A stretch of DNA of 64,000 nucleotides from assembly GCA_965218795.1 (NCBI GenBank), contig OZ244653.1, positions 4,512,001-4,576,000 on the forward strand, given 5' to 3'. The notes beneath the pieces were generated by a model. It saw only the letters and a program-made list of their open reading frames with translations, ran no database searches and was not told where the DNA came from. The translations under genes were made by a program, and so were the position numbers. Shown here in pieces: positions 49,009 to 58,020 of the stretch. This DNA comes from a bacterium. Its GTDB lineage: Bacteria; UBA8248; JACPRG01; G963555815. The stretch's first letter is position 1; every line of letters begins with the position of its first letter.

Positions 49009-49974
49009 ATGGAACGGAACTATCCTCGGGACCCGCAGGTCGTACCGAGGTTTGCCAGCGTTACGACGTTTTTCCGCCTTCCGGTCGTGGAGGATTGGAA
49101 GACGCTGGATGTGGTCCTGACGGGACTTCCGTTTGACAGCGGCGCCTCCTATCGTCCCGGGGCGCGATTCGGTCCCAGGGCCGTGCGGGAAGCCAGCTCC
49201 CTGCTCAGGCCCTACAACCCCGTGTTGGACGTGGACCCCTACAAGGAGCTGAACTTCGGAGACGCGGGAGACCTCCCCCTGAGCCCGATGGACCTGAACC
49301 GGACACACGCAATCGTCGAGGAGCGTTTCCGCGAAGTATACCGGAGCGAAGGGATGACTCCGATGACCTTCGGCGGGGACCACAGCCTGACCCTGCCGAT
49401 CCTGCGGGGCGTGAACGAGCGGTATCCTCAGGTCTGCTTTCTTCAGATGGACGCGCATCTGGACACGTGGGACAGCTACTTCGGCAGCCGGTACACCCAC
49501 GGGTCGTTCGCCATGCGCGCCGTCGAGGAGAAGGTGATCGACCCCGAGGGTTCCCTTCAGGTCGGGATCCGGGGACCCCTTTTCGGACCGGAGGACCTCC
49601 AGCGGAACCGGGACTGGGGCTGGGACATCATCCACGCCGAGGAGGTTCATGCGACCGGCCCCTCCGAAGTGATTCGAAAAATCCGGGACAAGGTCGGCAG
49701 CCGTCCGCTCTACGTCTCTTTCGACGTGGACTGTCTGGACCCGGCGTTCGCGCCAGGGACCGGAACCCCCGAGGTCGGCGGGCTGACGAGTGCGCAGGCG
49801 ATCGAGATTCTGCGCGGGTTGAAGGGGCTTCACATCGTCGGGGCCGATGTCGTGGAGGTCTCGCCTCCTTACGATCAAGGGCAGATTACCGCCCTTCTGG
49901 CTGCGCGCGTCGGATTTGAGATGAATTGCCTCATCGCCATCGCTCATCGGGGAAAGGACGGACGGTCAGCCTGA
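49009..49974 (+). CDS. speB: Agmatinase-like ureohydrolase
   Basis: GARFGP, GGDHS, DAHLD, SFDVDCLDPAFAPGTGTPE; exact substrate uncertain. Confidence 0.8.
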   Translation: MERNYPRDPQVVPRFASVTTFFRLPVVEDWKTLDVVLTGLPFDSGASYRPGARFGPRAVREASSLLRPYNPVLDVDPYKELNFGDAGDLPLSPMDLNRTHAIVEERFREVYRSEGMTPMTFGGDHSLTLPILRGVNERYPQVCFLQMDAHLDTWDSYFGSRYTHGSFAMRAVEEKVIDPEGSLQVGIRGPLFGPEDLQRNRDWGWDIIHAEEVHATGPSEVIRKIRDKVGSRPLYVSFDVDCLDPAFAPGTGTPEVGGLTSAQAIEILRGLKGLHIVGADVVEVSPPYDQGQITALLAARVGFEMNCLIAIAHRGKDGRSA

Positions 49975-50099
49975 AACGGAAGAAGGAGTATACGGAGCCT
50001 CGTCCGTCCAGTGCCGTTTCTTTGCGCAGGCCTGCGATACCGGGGAAGAGAGGGAAGAGAAGGTTCATTCAGTCAACGGACTCACGGTTCGGAGAAGTA

Positions 50100-50141
50100 T
50101 TGACAGGGGGCGGAGGCTCCCTCAAAATGGTTTGATATCAA
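50100..50141 (+). promoter_or_regulatory. Putative sigma70 promoter with a downstream palindromic operator
   Basis: TTGACA-N17-CAAAAT followed by the perfect palindrome TTGATATCAA (50132-50141). Confidence 0.6.
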
Positions 50142-50236
50142 GTACATAGAGGGGGGCGGCCGGAAGGCCCGGCGGACGTACCCACTCCCCTTGCAGCCAA
50201 CCATCCGAAAAAAGTTTTTTTGCCGGACATTCACGA

Positions 50237-51421
50237 ATGGCCAGTATTCTCCTGGAGAGGGTTTGGAAGCGGTATGGGTCCGTGGAGGCGGTCAAGGACC
50301 TGAACCTGGAGTGCAGACAGGGTGAGCTTTTGGCTCTGCTGGGACCCTCTGGGTGCGGGAAGACCTCAACCCTGAAGATGGTCGCCGGAATCGAAGACGT
50401 GACCGAAGGAGAGATCTACTTCGACGCCCGGCCCGTCAGTCATCTGGCTCCGGGGGAACGGAACATTGCCATGGTCTTCGAGGATTACGCCCTGTATCCC
50501 CACCTGACCGTGGGCGAGAACATCGCCTTCCCCCTGAAGATCAAGAAGCGGCCCGCCAGTGAAATCCAATCCCGCGTCCAGTCGGCCCTGGAATTGCTGG
50601 GCCTGCAAGAGCTTCAGCACGAGAACGTCAAGTTCATGAGCGGAGGCGCTCAGCAGCGGGTTTCCATCGGTCGGGCGCTCGTCCGGGATCCCGAACTCAT
50701 CCTGTTCGACGAGCCGCTCAGCCACCTGGACGGGGACCACAAGGTCCAGCTCCGGGGCGAGATCAAGCGACTGCAACAAGAGACCGGACTGACCTCCATT
50801 CTGGTGACGCATGACCAGACCGAAGCCGTGGCAATGTCCGACCGGATTGCGGTGATGAACCTGGGGGCTTTACAGCAGGTCGCCTCCCCCAAGGAGCTCT
50901 ACGCCCGCCCGGCCAATCTCTTCGTGGCCAATTTCATCGGTGAGCCGCCGATGAACCTCCTCCTGGGAACGCTGAGGGAGGAATCGGGCGACCTGTTGTT
51001 CGAGGGGGAGGGGTTCGCGTTTTCCTTCCCCGGCGAAATGGCCGCTCGAATCGCCTGGATGGCCAACTCATCCCGGATGGTCCTGGGAGTCCGACCGGAG
51101 CATGTCCGCCTCTCCCCGCGAAATTCGGTCGGGGACGGTCTCAACGGCCCGCCGGGCCGCCTCCACTTCCGAGAGCCCCGGGGGGACGTAGAGGTCATTC
51201 TCGTAAAGATCGAGAGCGCATCGACCTCCACGAGCGCGGATGACATCCTGACCCGGGACATCCTGACCGTGGAGCTTTCCGGGGACCACGAACTTCGGGA
51301 AGACGAGCCCGTCAACTGCCGGTTTCTGGCGAACCATCTCCATCTGTTCGACACGGAGACGGGCCGAAACCTCCTTGCAGCAGAACCCGTCGATGCAGTC
51401 ATGACAGGGAGAGCCTCGTGA
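50237..51421 (+). CDS. CUT1 (MalK-like) ABC ATP-binding protein
   Basis: GPSGCGKT, MSGGAQQR, DEPLSHLD, VTHDQ. Confidence 0.92.
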   Translation: MASILLERVWKRYGSVEAVKDLNLECRQGELLALLGPSGCGKTSTLKMVAGIEDVTEGEIYFDARPVSHLAPGERNIAMVFEDYALYPHLTVGENIAFPLKIKKRPASEIQSRVQSALELLGLQELQHENVKFMSGGAQQRVSIGRALVRDPELILFDEPLSHLDGDHKVQLRGEIKRLQQETGLTSILVTHDQTEAVAMSDRIAVMNLGALQQVASPKELYARPANLFVANFIGEPPMNLLLGTLREESGDLLFEGEGFAFSFPGEMAARIAWMANSSRMVLGVRPEHVRLSPRNSVGDGLNGPPGRLHFREPRGDVEVILVKIESASTSTSADDILTRDILTVELSGDHELREDEPVNCRFLANHLHLFDTETGRNLLAAEPVDAVMTGRAS

Positions 51422-52524
51422 GTCGGTTGGAACTTCGGAAGATCGGAAAAACGTTCGGGGATGTCTGCGCCCTGGACGCGGTCGACCTGGACATCAATCC
51501 GGGCGAGATACTCGGCCTCACGGGACCTTCGGGCGCCGGAAAGACCACAACCTGCCGCGTCGTGGCCGGGATTGAATCCCCGACCGAAGGGCGGGTCGTC
51601 ATTGACGGCCAAGTCGTGAACACCCAATCACCCCAGCAGCGCGGCGTTTCCTTCATGTTTGAATCCTATGCGCTCTACCCCCACTTCACCGTTTTCGACA
51701 ACATCACCTTTCCTCTCCGCGCGCCGGGTCAAAAGAGGCGCTATTCGGCGGACGAATTGCGGCGTCGCGTGCACGAGATGACGAATCTTGTGGAAATCAG
51801 AGGACTGGAGAGGCGTTTTCCGAGTGAGCTGTCGGGCGGGCAGAAGCAGCGAGTGGCCCTGTGCCGGGCCCTGATCCAGGAGCCGGCGGCGTACCTGCTC
51901 GATGAGCCGATCTCCCATCTGGACGCGAAGCTCAGACACAAACTGCGCGGCGAGATCCGGCGGCGACAGGTTCAGCTGAGCGTTCCGACGGTTTGGACCT
52001 CGCCGGACGCCCTGGAAGCGCTGTCCGTATCCGATCGGGTCGCGGTCATGGTCCACGGACGGATTCATCAGGTCGGCTCACCGCGAGAGGTCTATCTTCA
52101 TCCGGCCACCCTCGACGTGGCGCGCCTGGTGGGGGATCCGGCTACGAACCTCCTGAGCGGCCGGCTCGAGACGGAGGAGGGTCGAATGGTCTTTCGCCAT
52201 CCGGCCCTGCGCCTGCCACTGGAGGAATCCTTTCGGCAGAAGCTCCAGGCCAACGGAGATGGGAGAGAAATCATTTTGGGAGTCCGTCCCACCGAGATCA
52301 AGATCCTGGAGGGAGCGCCTGCGGGGGAAGGTCAGCCGGGTGAGGTGTACGTCTACGAGCCCTTCGGCAAGTACGGGATCCTGAGCGTCCGTCTGGGAGA
52401 GGACATTATCAAAGTGAAGACACCGAAGCAGAGGGACTTCCGCGTCGGTGAGAAGGTGAACCTCGACTTCGGACAGGCGGAGTTGCTCGCGTTCGATCCT
52501 GAGCGGGGCCGGGCAATTGTTTAG
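51418..52524 (+). CDS. CUT1 (MalK-like) ABC ATP-binding protein with a degenerate H-loop
   Basis: GPSGAGKT, LSGGQKQR, DEPISHLD, but WTSPD replaces VTHD. Confidence 0.9.
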   Translation: MSRLELRKIGKTFGDVCALDAVDLDINPGEILGLTGPSGAGKTTTCRVVAGIESPTEGRVVIDGQVVNTQSPQQRGVSFMFESYALYPHFTVFDNITFPLRAPGQKRRYSADELRRRVHEMTNLVEIRGLERRFPSELSGGQKQRVALCRALIQEPAAYLLDEPISHLDAKLRHKLRGEIRRRQVQLSVPTVWTSPDALEALSVSDRVAVMVHGRIHQVGSPREVYLHPATLDVARLVGDPATNLLSGRLETEEGRMVFRHPALRLPLEESFRQKLQANGDGREIILGVRPTEIKILEGAPAGEGQPGEVYVYEPFGKYGILSVRLGEDIIKVKTPKQRDFRVGEKVNLDFGQAELLAFDPERGRAIV

Positions 52525-52569
52525 AGGAACCCCCCAATCTTTGCTCCAGTTCCATGAAAGGGAGTCTGG

Positions 52570-53715
52570 ATGATGAAACATCGAAATGCGATCCTGGGGG
52601 GGAGGAAGAGCGTCAAAGTCGCCATCCCACAGTTCCCGCCGGTTTGGATGGACTTGCAAAAGTCAGTGGAACGGGCCTGCGGGCTGATCCGGGAGGCGGG
52701 TCGCGAAGGCGCCGAACTCGTGGCCTTCTCGGAGTCCTGGCTTCCAGGGTATCCCTATTGGTCCGAAGGGTGGGATTCGGACTTGGAGAAGTGGTCTGCG
52801 GCCAGACTTGCCTGGTATGAAAATTCGCTTTCCATCCCGAGCGAGGAACTGGATGCGCTCATTGATTCGGCCCATTCGGCCAACACCTACGTAGTGATGG
52901 CCTGCAACGAAAGGGACGGGCGACCCGGGACCGCCACGGTCTACAACACTCTGCTGTTCATCGGTCGGGAGGGGAAACTCATCGGCAAGCATCGCAAGTT
53001 GGTCCCCGTCGGACTGGAGCGCCTGTTCTACGGACGCGGCGATTCCCGGGACGTGGCGGTTTTTGAGACCGATATCGGCCGGATCGGCGGCCTGATCTGT
53101 TCGGAGAACACGATGACGGCGGTCCGGGCGGCGATGATTGCGATGGGAGAGGACATCCACGTTGCTCCGTGGGGCGGCAACTTCTCCTTCCACACGGGAC
53201 CGAGGATTCACGAAGCCGACCGGGATGGGCTGTTCTATGGACACGCGGTTTCCCGCTGTCACGCGGTCGAGGCAGCGGCCTTCGTCCTGGAGCCGGTCGC
53301 CATTATGGATGAGGCCCACATACCCCCTGATTTCCCCATGAGGGATCGGATGAATTTCTCCTATTCTCAGGGGGACAGCTCGGTCATCGGGCCTCTGGGG
53401 GTGCCGATTGCGGGTCCCGTCGAGGGTCAAAAGATGATCTATGCAACCCTTGAGGCCGACCATCTGAAACTCAAGAGAGCCGTTGTGGATACAGTCGGTC
53501 ACTACGGCCGGCCCGACGTTGTCCAGGTCCTCGTGAAGCCCTATTCGGGGGAGATGCTTCAAGAGGGATCCCACGGGCACCCATCCAGGCGGACGATGCT
53601 GGATTCTGACAGGATCCGCACTACGGCCGACCGATACGACCTGGATAAAGACATCCTGCGCGAGGCGATCGAGGATCTTTTGAGTTCATCCGGAGGGTCT
53701 TTGAGGTCCGGCTGA
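52570..53715 (+). CDS. Nitrilase-family carbon-nitrogen hydrolase (copy 1)
   Basis: FSESWLPGYP (E), HRKL (K), ICSEN (C), D.VGHY.RPDV. Confidence 0.9.
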   Translation: MMKHRNAILGGRKSVKVAIPQFPPVWMDLQKSVERACGLIREAGREGAELVAFSESWLPGYPYWSEGWDSDLEKWSAARLAWYENSLSIPSEELDALIDSAHSANTYVVMACNERDGRPGTATVYNTLLFIGREGKLIGKHRKLVPVGLERLFYGRGDSRDVAVFETDIGRIGGLICSENTMTAVRAAMIAMGEDIHVAPWGGNFSFHTGPRIHEADRDGLFYGHAVSRCHAVEAAAFVLEPVAIMDEAHIPPDFPMRDRMNFSYSQGDSSVIGPLGVPIAGPVEGQKMIYATLEADHLKLKRAVVDTVGHYGRPDVVQVLVKPYSGEMLQEGSHGHPSRRTMLDSDRIRTTADRYDLDKDILREAIEDLLSSSGGSLRSG

Positions 53716-53787
53716 GTCGCCCAAGAGCACTGGGTTCGGTCCTCAAAGTTGTGGTAGGGAAGGGAAATAACAAGAAAAGGAAGAACG

Positions 53788-55185
53788 ATGCAAAACAAAC
53801 GATGGAAGAGCATCCTAGGCGGCTTCGTATCACTGGCCCTGCTATGCGCGCTGTCGGCCATGGCCGGGGCGTGGACGTACGAGGAGGCCGCCAAACCTTA
53901 CCGGGGAATGACGTTATCCATTCTGGATGAGGTCACTCCGTTACAGCAAGCGATGATAACGTACATCCCCAACTTCGAAAAGGAGACGGGGATCAAGGTA
54001 GACTACCAACTCTTGAACCATTTTGAGGTGATCGTCAAGGGGCAGGCCGACATGCTCACCGGGCGGGGGGCCTACGACGCTGTCATGCTCCATTCTCCCC
54101 AGATGGGATTGCTGCTGAAGGCAGGGGTTATACGTCCGATTGACGATCTGATGAAAAACCCGAAACTCAGCAACCCCGACTTGGAACTGAATGACCTGAT
54201 TCAGCCTGCCCATGACACCTTGACCAAATTCAAAGGAAAGAGCTACGGATTCCTGACCTGGAACTACAATTTTGTTTATTGGGCTCGAAGAGACCTAATA
54301 GAACATCCAGCGGAGAAAGCCGCCTTCAAGGAGCGGTACGGCTATGAGCTCGCGCCGGCCAAGACGTTTCAGCAAATGCGGGACATCGCCGAGTTCTTCA
54401 CCCGGAAGAAGGGTCAGATGCTCGCGGGCCAGACGCTGGCAACTGACTTCTACGGCATCGTGATCGAGGGGGTCAAGGGCGGGGTCACGTTCTATGATCT
54501 CTGGTTCAACTACCTGCGGAACTGGGGCGGCGATCTTTTTGATGCCAGCGGCCGACCCACCATAGACCGTAAAGAGAATATCGAGGCGGTCAAGTTCTGG
54601 GCGTCGCTTTGGAAATTCTCACCCCCGGGCACAGCGGAGTATTCGCTCATTGACATTCCCACCGTTATGGGAAACGGAATTGCCGCTCAATGCTTTGCTG
54701 GGGCTGACTTTGTTTGGGGGATCGATAAGCCCGGGAAGTCGAAGCTTCACGGAAAGTTTGTTTATGGGGGGATTCCGAGAAACGCGAACTACTCCGGACG
54801 TCGGTCGGCTCATATGGTGCCTTCGTTTCTCGCTATCAATAAGACCAGCAAGAAGGCCGAAGCGACTTTCTTATTGCTGCAATGGCTGGTGGACAAGAAG
54901 ACCCAAGCCGAGTATATCAAGCAGGCGGGACACGCGGTGCCGATTCGGTACAGCACCTTCGATCTTCCAATGGTCAAGCAGTCAAAAATGGCAAGTCTGT
55001 ACGCGGGAATGAGGGAAACTTATAAACATGGGCGAGGATATCCCATGGTCCCAAAGCTCTATGAAATTTATTCATTAATGGGGGGTATCGTGCAAGAGAT
55101 CGCCCTCGGAAAGAAGTCTGCCGAGGCAGGTATGAAAGAGGGTCAGCGCAAAGTTCTAGCCATTTGCAAGAAGTGCTTGCTGTAA
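53788..55185 (+). CDS. CUT1 ABC substrate-binding protein (copy 1)
   Basis: Signal peptide AGA-W, FEKETGIKV, FKERYGYEL; located in an ABC operon. Confidence 0.87.
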   Translation: MQNKRWKSILGGFVSLALLCALSAMAGAWTYEEAAKPYRGMTLSILDEVTPLQQAMITYIPNFEKETGIKVDYQLLNHFEVIVKGQADMLTGRGAYDAVMLHSPQMGLLLKAGVIRPIDDLMKNPKLSNPDLELNDLIQPAHDTLTKFKGKSYGFLTWNYNFVYWARRDLIEHPAEKAAFKERYGYELAPAKTFQQMRDIAEFFTRKKGQMLAGQTLATDFYGIVIEGVKGGVTFYDLWFNYLRNWGGDLFDASGRPTIDRKENIEAVKFWASLWKFSPPGTAEYSLIDIPTVMGNGIAAQCFAGADFVWGIDKPGKSKLHGKFVYGGIPRNANYSGRRSAHMVPSFLAINKTSKKAEATFLLLQWLVDKKTQAEYIKQAGHAVPIRYSTFDLPMVKQSKMASLYAGMRETYKHGRGYPMVPKLYEIYSLMGGIVQEIALGKKSAEAGMKEGQRKVLAICKKCLL

Positions 55186-55334
55186 TCGTTCACTCGTAAA
55201 ACCGAAGCGTCGGTGAGAAGGTGAACCTCGACTTCGGACAGGCGGAGTTGCTCGCGTTTGATCCTGAGCGGGGCCGGGCGATCGTATAAAGGAGAATCCG
55301 CACCCTTCATTCCAGTGCGATGAGGAGGGCTGGC

Positions 55335-56480
55335 ATGGTGAAACATCCAAATGCGATCCTGGGGGGGAGGAAGAGCGTCAAGGTTGCCATCCCTCAGTTC
55401 CCGCCCTTCTGGATGGACCTGAAGAGGTCAGTGGAACGGGCCTGCGAACTGATCCGGGAGGCGGGTCGCGAAGACGCTGAGCTCGTGGCCTTCTCTGAAG
55501 TCTGGCTTGCGGGATATCCTTTCTGGTCGGAAGGTTGGGATTCGGACCTGGAGAAGTGGTCTGCGGCCAGAGTGATTTGGTATGAAAATTCGATTTCGAT
55601 TCCGAGCGAGGAACTGGATGCGCTCATCGATGCGGCCCGTTCAGCGAACGCTTACGTGGTCATGGGTTGTAACGAACGGGATGAACGGCCCGGCACGGCA
55701 ACCGTTTACAACACCCTCCTGTTTATCGGCAGAGAGGGGAATCTGATCGGCAAGCATCGCAAGTTGATCCCCACGGGAATGGAGCGGATGTACCACGGAC
55801 GCGGCGATTCCCGGGACGTGGCGGTTTTTGAGACCGATATCGGTCGGATCGGCGGCCTGATCTGTTCGGAGAACACGATGACGGCGGTCCGGGCGGCGAT
55901 GATTGCGATGGGGGAGGATATCCACATCTCCGCCTGGCCTGGCAACTTTGCCGTCCACACAGGGCCGAGGGTCCATGAAGCAGATCGAGATGGTCTCTTC
56001 TGGGGGCATGCGGTCTCCCGGTGCCACGCGGTCGAGGCTTCGGCCTTCGTGGTTGAGCCCGTCGGTATTATGGATCAGGCCCACATGCCTTCTGATTTTC
56101 CTCTCGATGAGCGCTTCAACAATTCCTGGTCCCAAGGAGATAGTGAGGTCGTCGGACCGATTGGAGTTCCCGTCGCGGGTCCCGTTGAAGGCCAAAAAAT
56201 GATCTATGCAACACTTGAAGCCGACCTCTTGAAGGTGAAGAGAGGGATGGTGGACGCTGTAGGTCACTATTCACGACCCGATGTTGTCCAGGTCCTTTTG
56301 AAGCGGTTTGGAGGTGAAACTTTGCAGGTGGAACCGCCGCGCGGGCTCTCGGGAGAAAGAACCCTGCATTCCGACAGGGTTCGCTCGGTGGCGGACAAAT
56401 ATGATCTGGATGAAGACATCCTGCGCGAGGCGATCGAGGATCTTTTGAGTTCATCCGGAGGGTCTTTGAGGTCCGGCTGA
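55335..56480 (+). CDS. Nitrilase-family carbon-nitrogen hydrolase (copy 2)
   Basis: FSEVWLAGYP, HRKLIPT, ICSEN; GAGGAGG RBS. Confidence 0.9.
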   Translation: MVKHPNAILGGRKSVKVAIPQFPPFWMDLKRSVERACELIREAGREDAELVAFSEVWLAGYPFWSEGWDSDLEKWSAARVIWYENSISIPSEELDALIDAARSANAYVVMGCNERDERPGTATVYNTLLFIGREGNLIGKHRKLIPTGMERMYHGRGDSRDVAVFETDIGRIGGLICSENTMTAVRAAMIAMGEDIHISAWPGNFAVHTGPRVHEADRDGLFWGHAVSRCHAVEASAFVVEPVGIMDQAHMPSDFPLDERFNNSWSQGDSEVVGPIGVPVAGPVEGQKMIYATLEADLLKVKRGMVDAVGHYSRPDVVQVLLKRFGGETLQVEPPRGLSGERTLHSDRVRSVADKYDLDEDILREAIEDLLSSSGGSLRSG

Positions 56481-56553
56481 GTCGCCAAGAGCGCTGGGTT
56501 CGGGCCTCAAAGTCGTGGAAGGAAGGAAAAGCACAAGAGGAGGAGGAGAAACG

Positions 56554-57951
56554 ATGCGAAACAAACGATGGAAAGGCATCCTAGGCGGCTTTGTATCACT
56601 GGCCCTGCTATGCGCCCTGTCGGCCACGGCCGGAGCATGGACGTACGAGGAGGCCGCCAAACCTTACCGGGGAATGACCATCACGGTCCTGGACGAGATC
56701 ACCCCGATGCAGGAGGCCATGCAGAAGTACGTCCTCAACTTCGAGAAGGAGACGGGCATCAAGGTGGATTACCAGCTCCTGAACCACTTCGAGGTGATCA
56801 GCAAGGGGCAGGCCGACATGCTCACCGGGCGGGGGGCTTACGACGCTGTCATGCTCCATTCTCCCCAGATGGGATTGCTGCTGAAGGCCGGGGTCATCCG
56901 GCCGATCGACGACCTGATGAAAAACCCCAAGGTCGGCAACCCCAATCTCGGCCTGGATGACCTCATCCAGCCGAGCTGGGATTCCCTGGCCAAGTTCAAG
57001 GGAAAGACCTACGGATTCCTGAACTGGAACTACAACTCGGTCTATTGGGCCCGGAAGGACCTCTTCGGCCACCCGGAGGAGAAGGCCGCCTTCAAGAAGC
57101 GCTACGGATACGATCTGGCTCCCGCGGAGACGTTCCAGCAGGTACGGGACATCGCTCAGTTCTTCACAAGGAAGAAAGGGGAAAAGCTGGCCGGGCAGAC
57201 GTTGGCCACCGACTCCTACGGCATCGTGATCGAGGGTATCAAGGGCGGCACCACCCTGTGGGACGTCTGGTACACCTTCGTCTTGAACTGGGGCGGCGAC
57301 TTCTTCGACAAGGAGGGCCGTCCCACCGTCGACCGCAAGGAGAATGTCGAGGCCGTCAAGTTCTGGGCCTCCCTCTGGAAGTACGCCCCTCCCGGGACGG
57401 CGGAATACTCCCTCATCGACGTCCCCACGCTGATGGGCAACGGCATCGCCGCGCAGTCCATCGCCTGGAGCGACTTCGGCCTGGGCGTCGACCAGCCCGG
57501 CAAGTCCAAATACGCCGGCCAGTTCGAATACCGGGGAATCCCGAGGAACGCGAACTATTCCGGACCCCGGGCGGCCGGAATCGAGCCTTCCTTGATCGTG
57601 ATCAGCACACACAGCAAGAAGGTCGAGCCGACGTTCCTGTTCCTGCAGTGGCTCATCGACAAGCGGATCCAGGACGACTTCATCACCAAGACGGGGTGGG
57701 GTGTGCCCGTGCGGAACAGCAGCTTCGATCTGCCGGTCTTGGCCCAGTCGAAGAACGCCTCCCTGTACGCGGCCATGAAGGAGACGCTGCAGTACGGTCA
57801 GGCCAAGCCCAAGGCGCCGAAGCTTTATGAAATCTTCGACGTTTTGAGTGGAATCGTACAGGAGATCGCCCTGGGCAAGAAAACGGCCGAACAGGGTTTG
57901 AAGGACGGCCAAAAGAAGGTCTTGTCGCTTTGCAAGAAGTGCTTCCTGTAA
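56554..57951 (+). CDS. CUT1 ABC substrate-binding protein (copy 2)
   Basis: Paralogue of 53788-55185; AGGAGG RBS. Confidence 0.87.
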   Translation: MRNKRWKGILGGFVSLALLCALSATAGAWTYEEAAKPYRGMTITVLDEITPMQEAMQKYVLNFEKETGIKVDYQLLNHFEVISKGQADMLTGRGAYDAVMLHSPQMGLLLKAGVIRPIDDLMKNPKVGNPNLGLDDLIQPSWDSLAKFKGKTYGFLNWNYNSVYWARKDLFGHPEEKAAFKKRYGYDLAPAETFQQVRDIAQFFTRKKGEKLAGQTLATDSYGIVIEGIKGGTTLWDVWYTFVLNWGGDFFDKEGRPTVDRKENVEAVKFWASLWKYAPPGTAEYSLIDVPTLMGNGIAAQSIAWSDFGLGVDQPGKSKYAGQFEYRGIPRNANYSGPRAAGIEPSLIVISTHSKKVEPTFLFLQWLIDKRIQDDFITKTGWGVPVRNSSFDLPVLAQSKNASLYAAMKETLQYGQAKPKAPKLYEIFDVLSGIVQEIALGKKTAEQGLKDGQKKVLSLCKKCFL

Positions 57952-57973
57952 TCGTTCACTCGTAGAACCGAAG

Positions 57974-58004
57974 CGCCGGGGGGTCCCCCGTGACTCCCCG
58001 GCGC
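57974..58004 (+). promoter_or_regulatory. GC-rich stem-loop after the binding-protein gene (mRNA stabiliser or attenuator)
   Basis: GCGCCGGGGGGTC...GACTCCCCGGCGC with no U-tail. Confidence 0.5.
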
Positions 58005-58020
58005 TGAACGAGGCACGTGC

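Larger units (their letters stand above)
52442..57976 (+). repeat. Tandem duplication with a period of about 2,765 bp (ATPase 3' tip + nitrilase + binding protein)
   Basis: 52442-52514 recurs at 55207-55279; 55164-55209 recurs at about 57930-57976. Confidence 0.92.
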
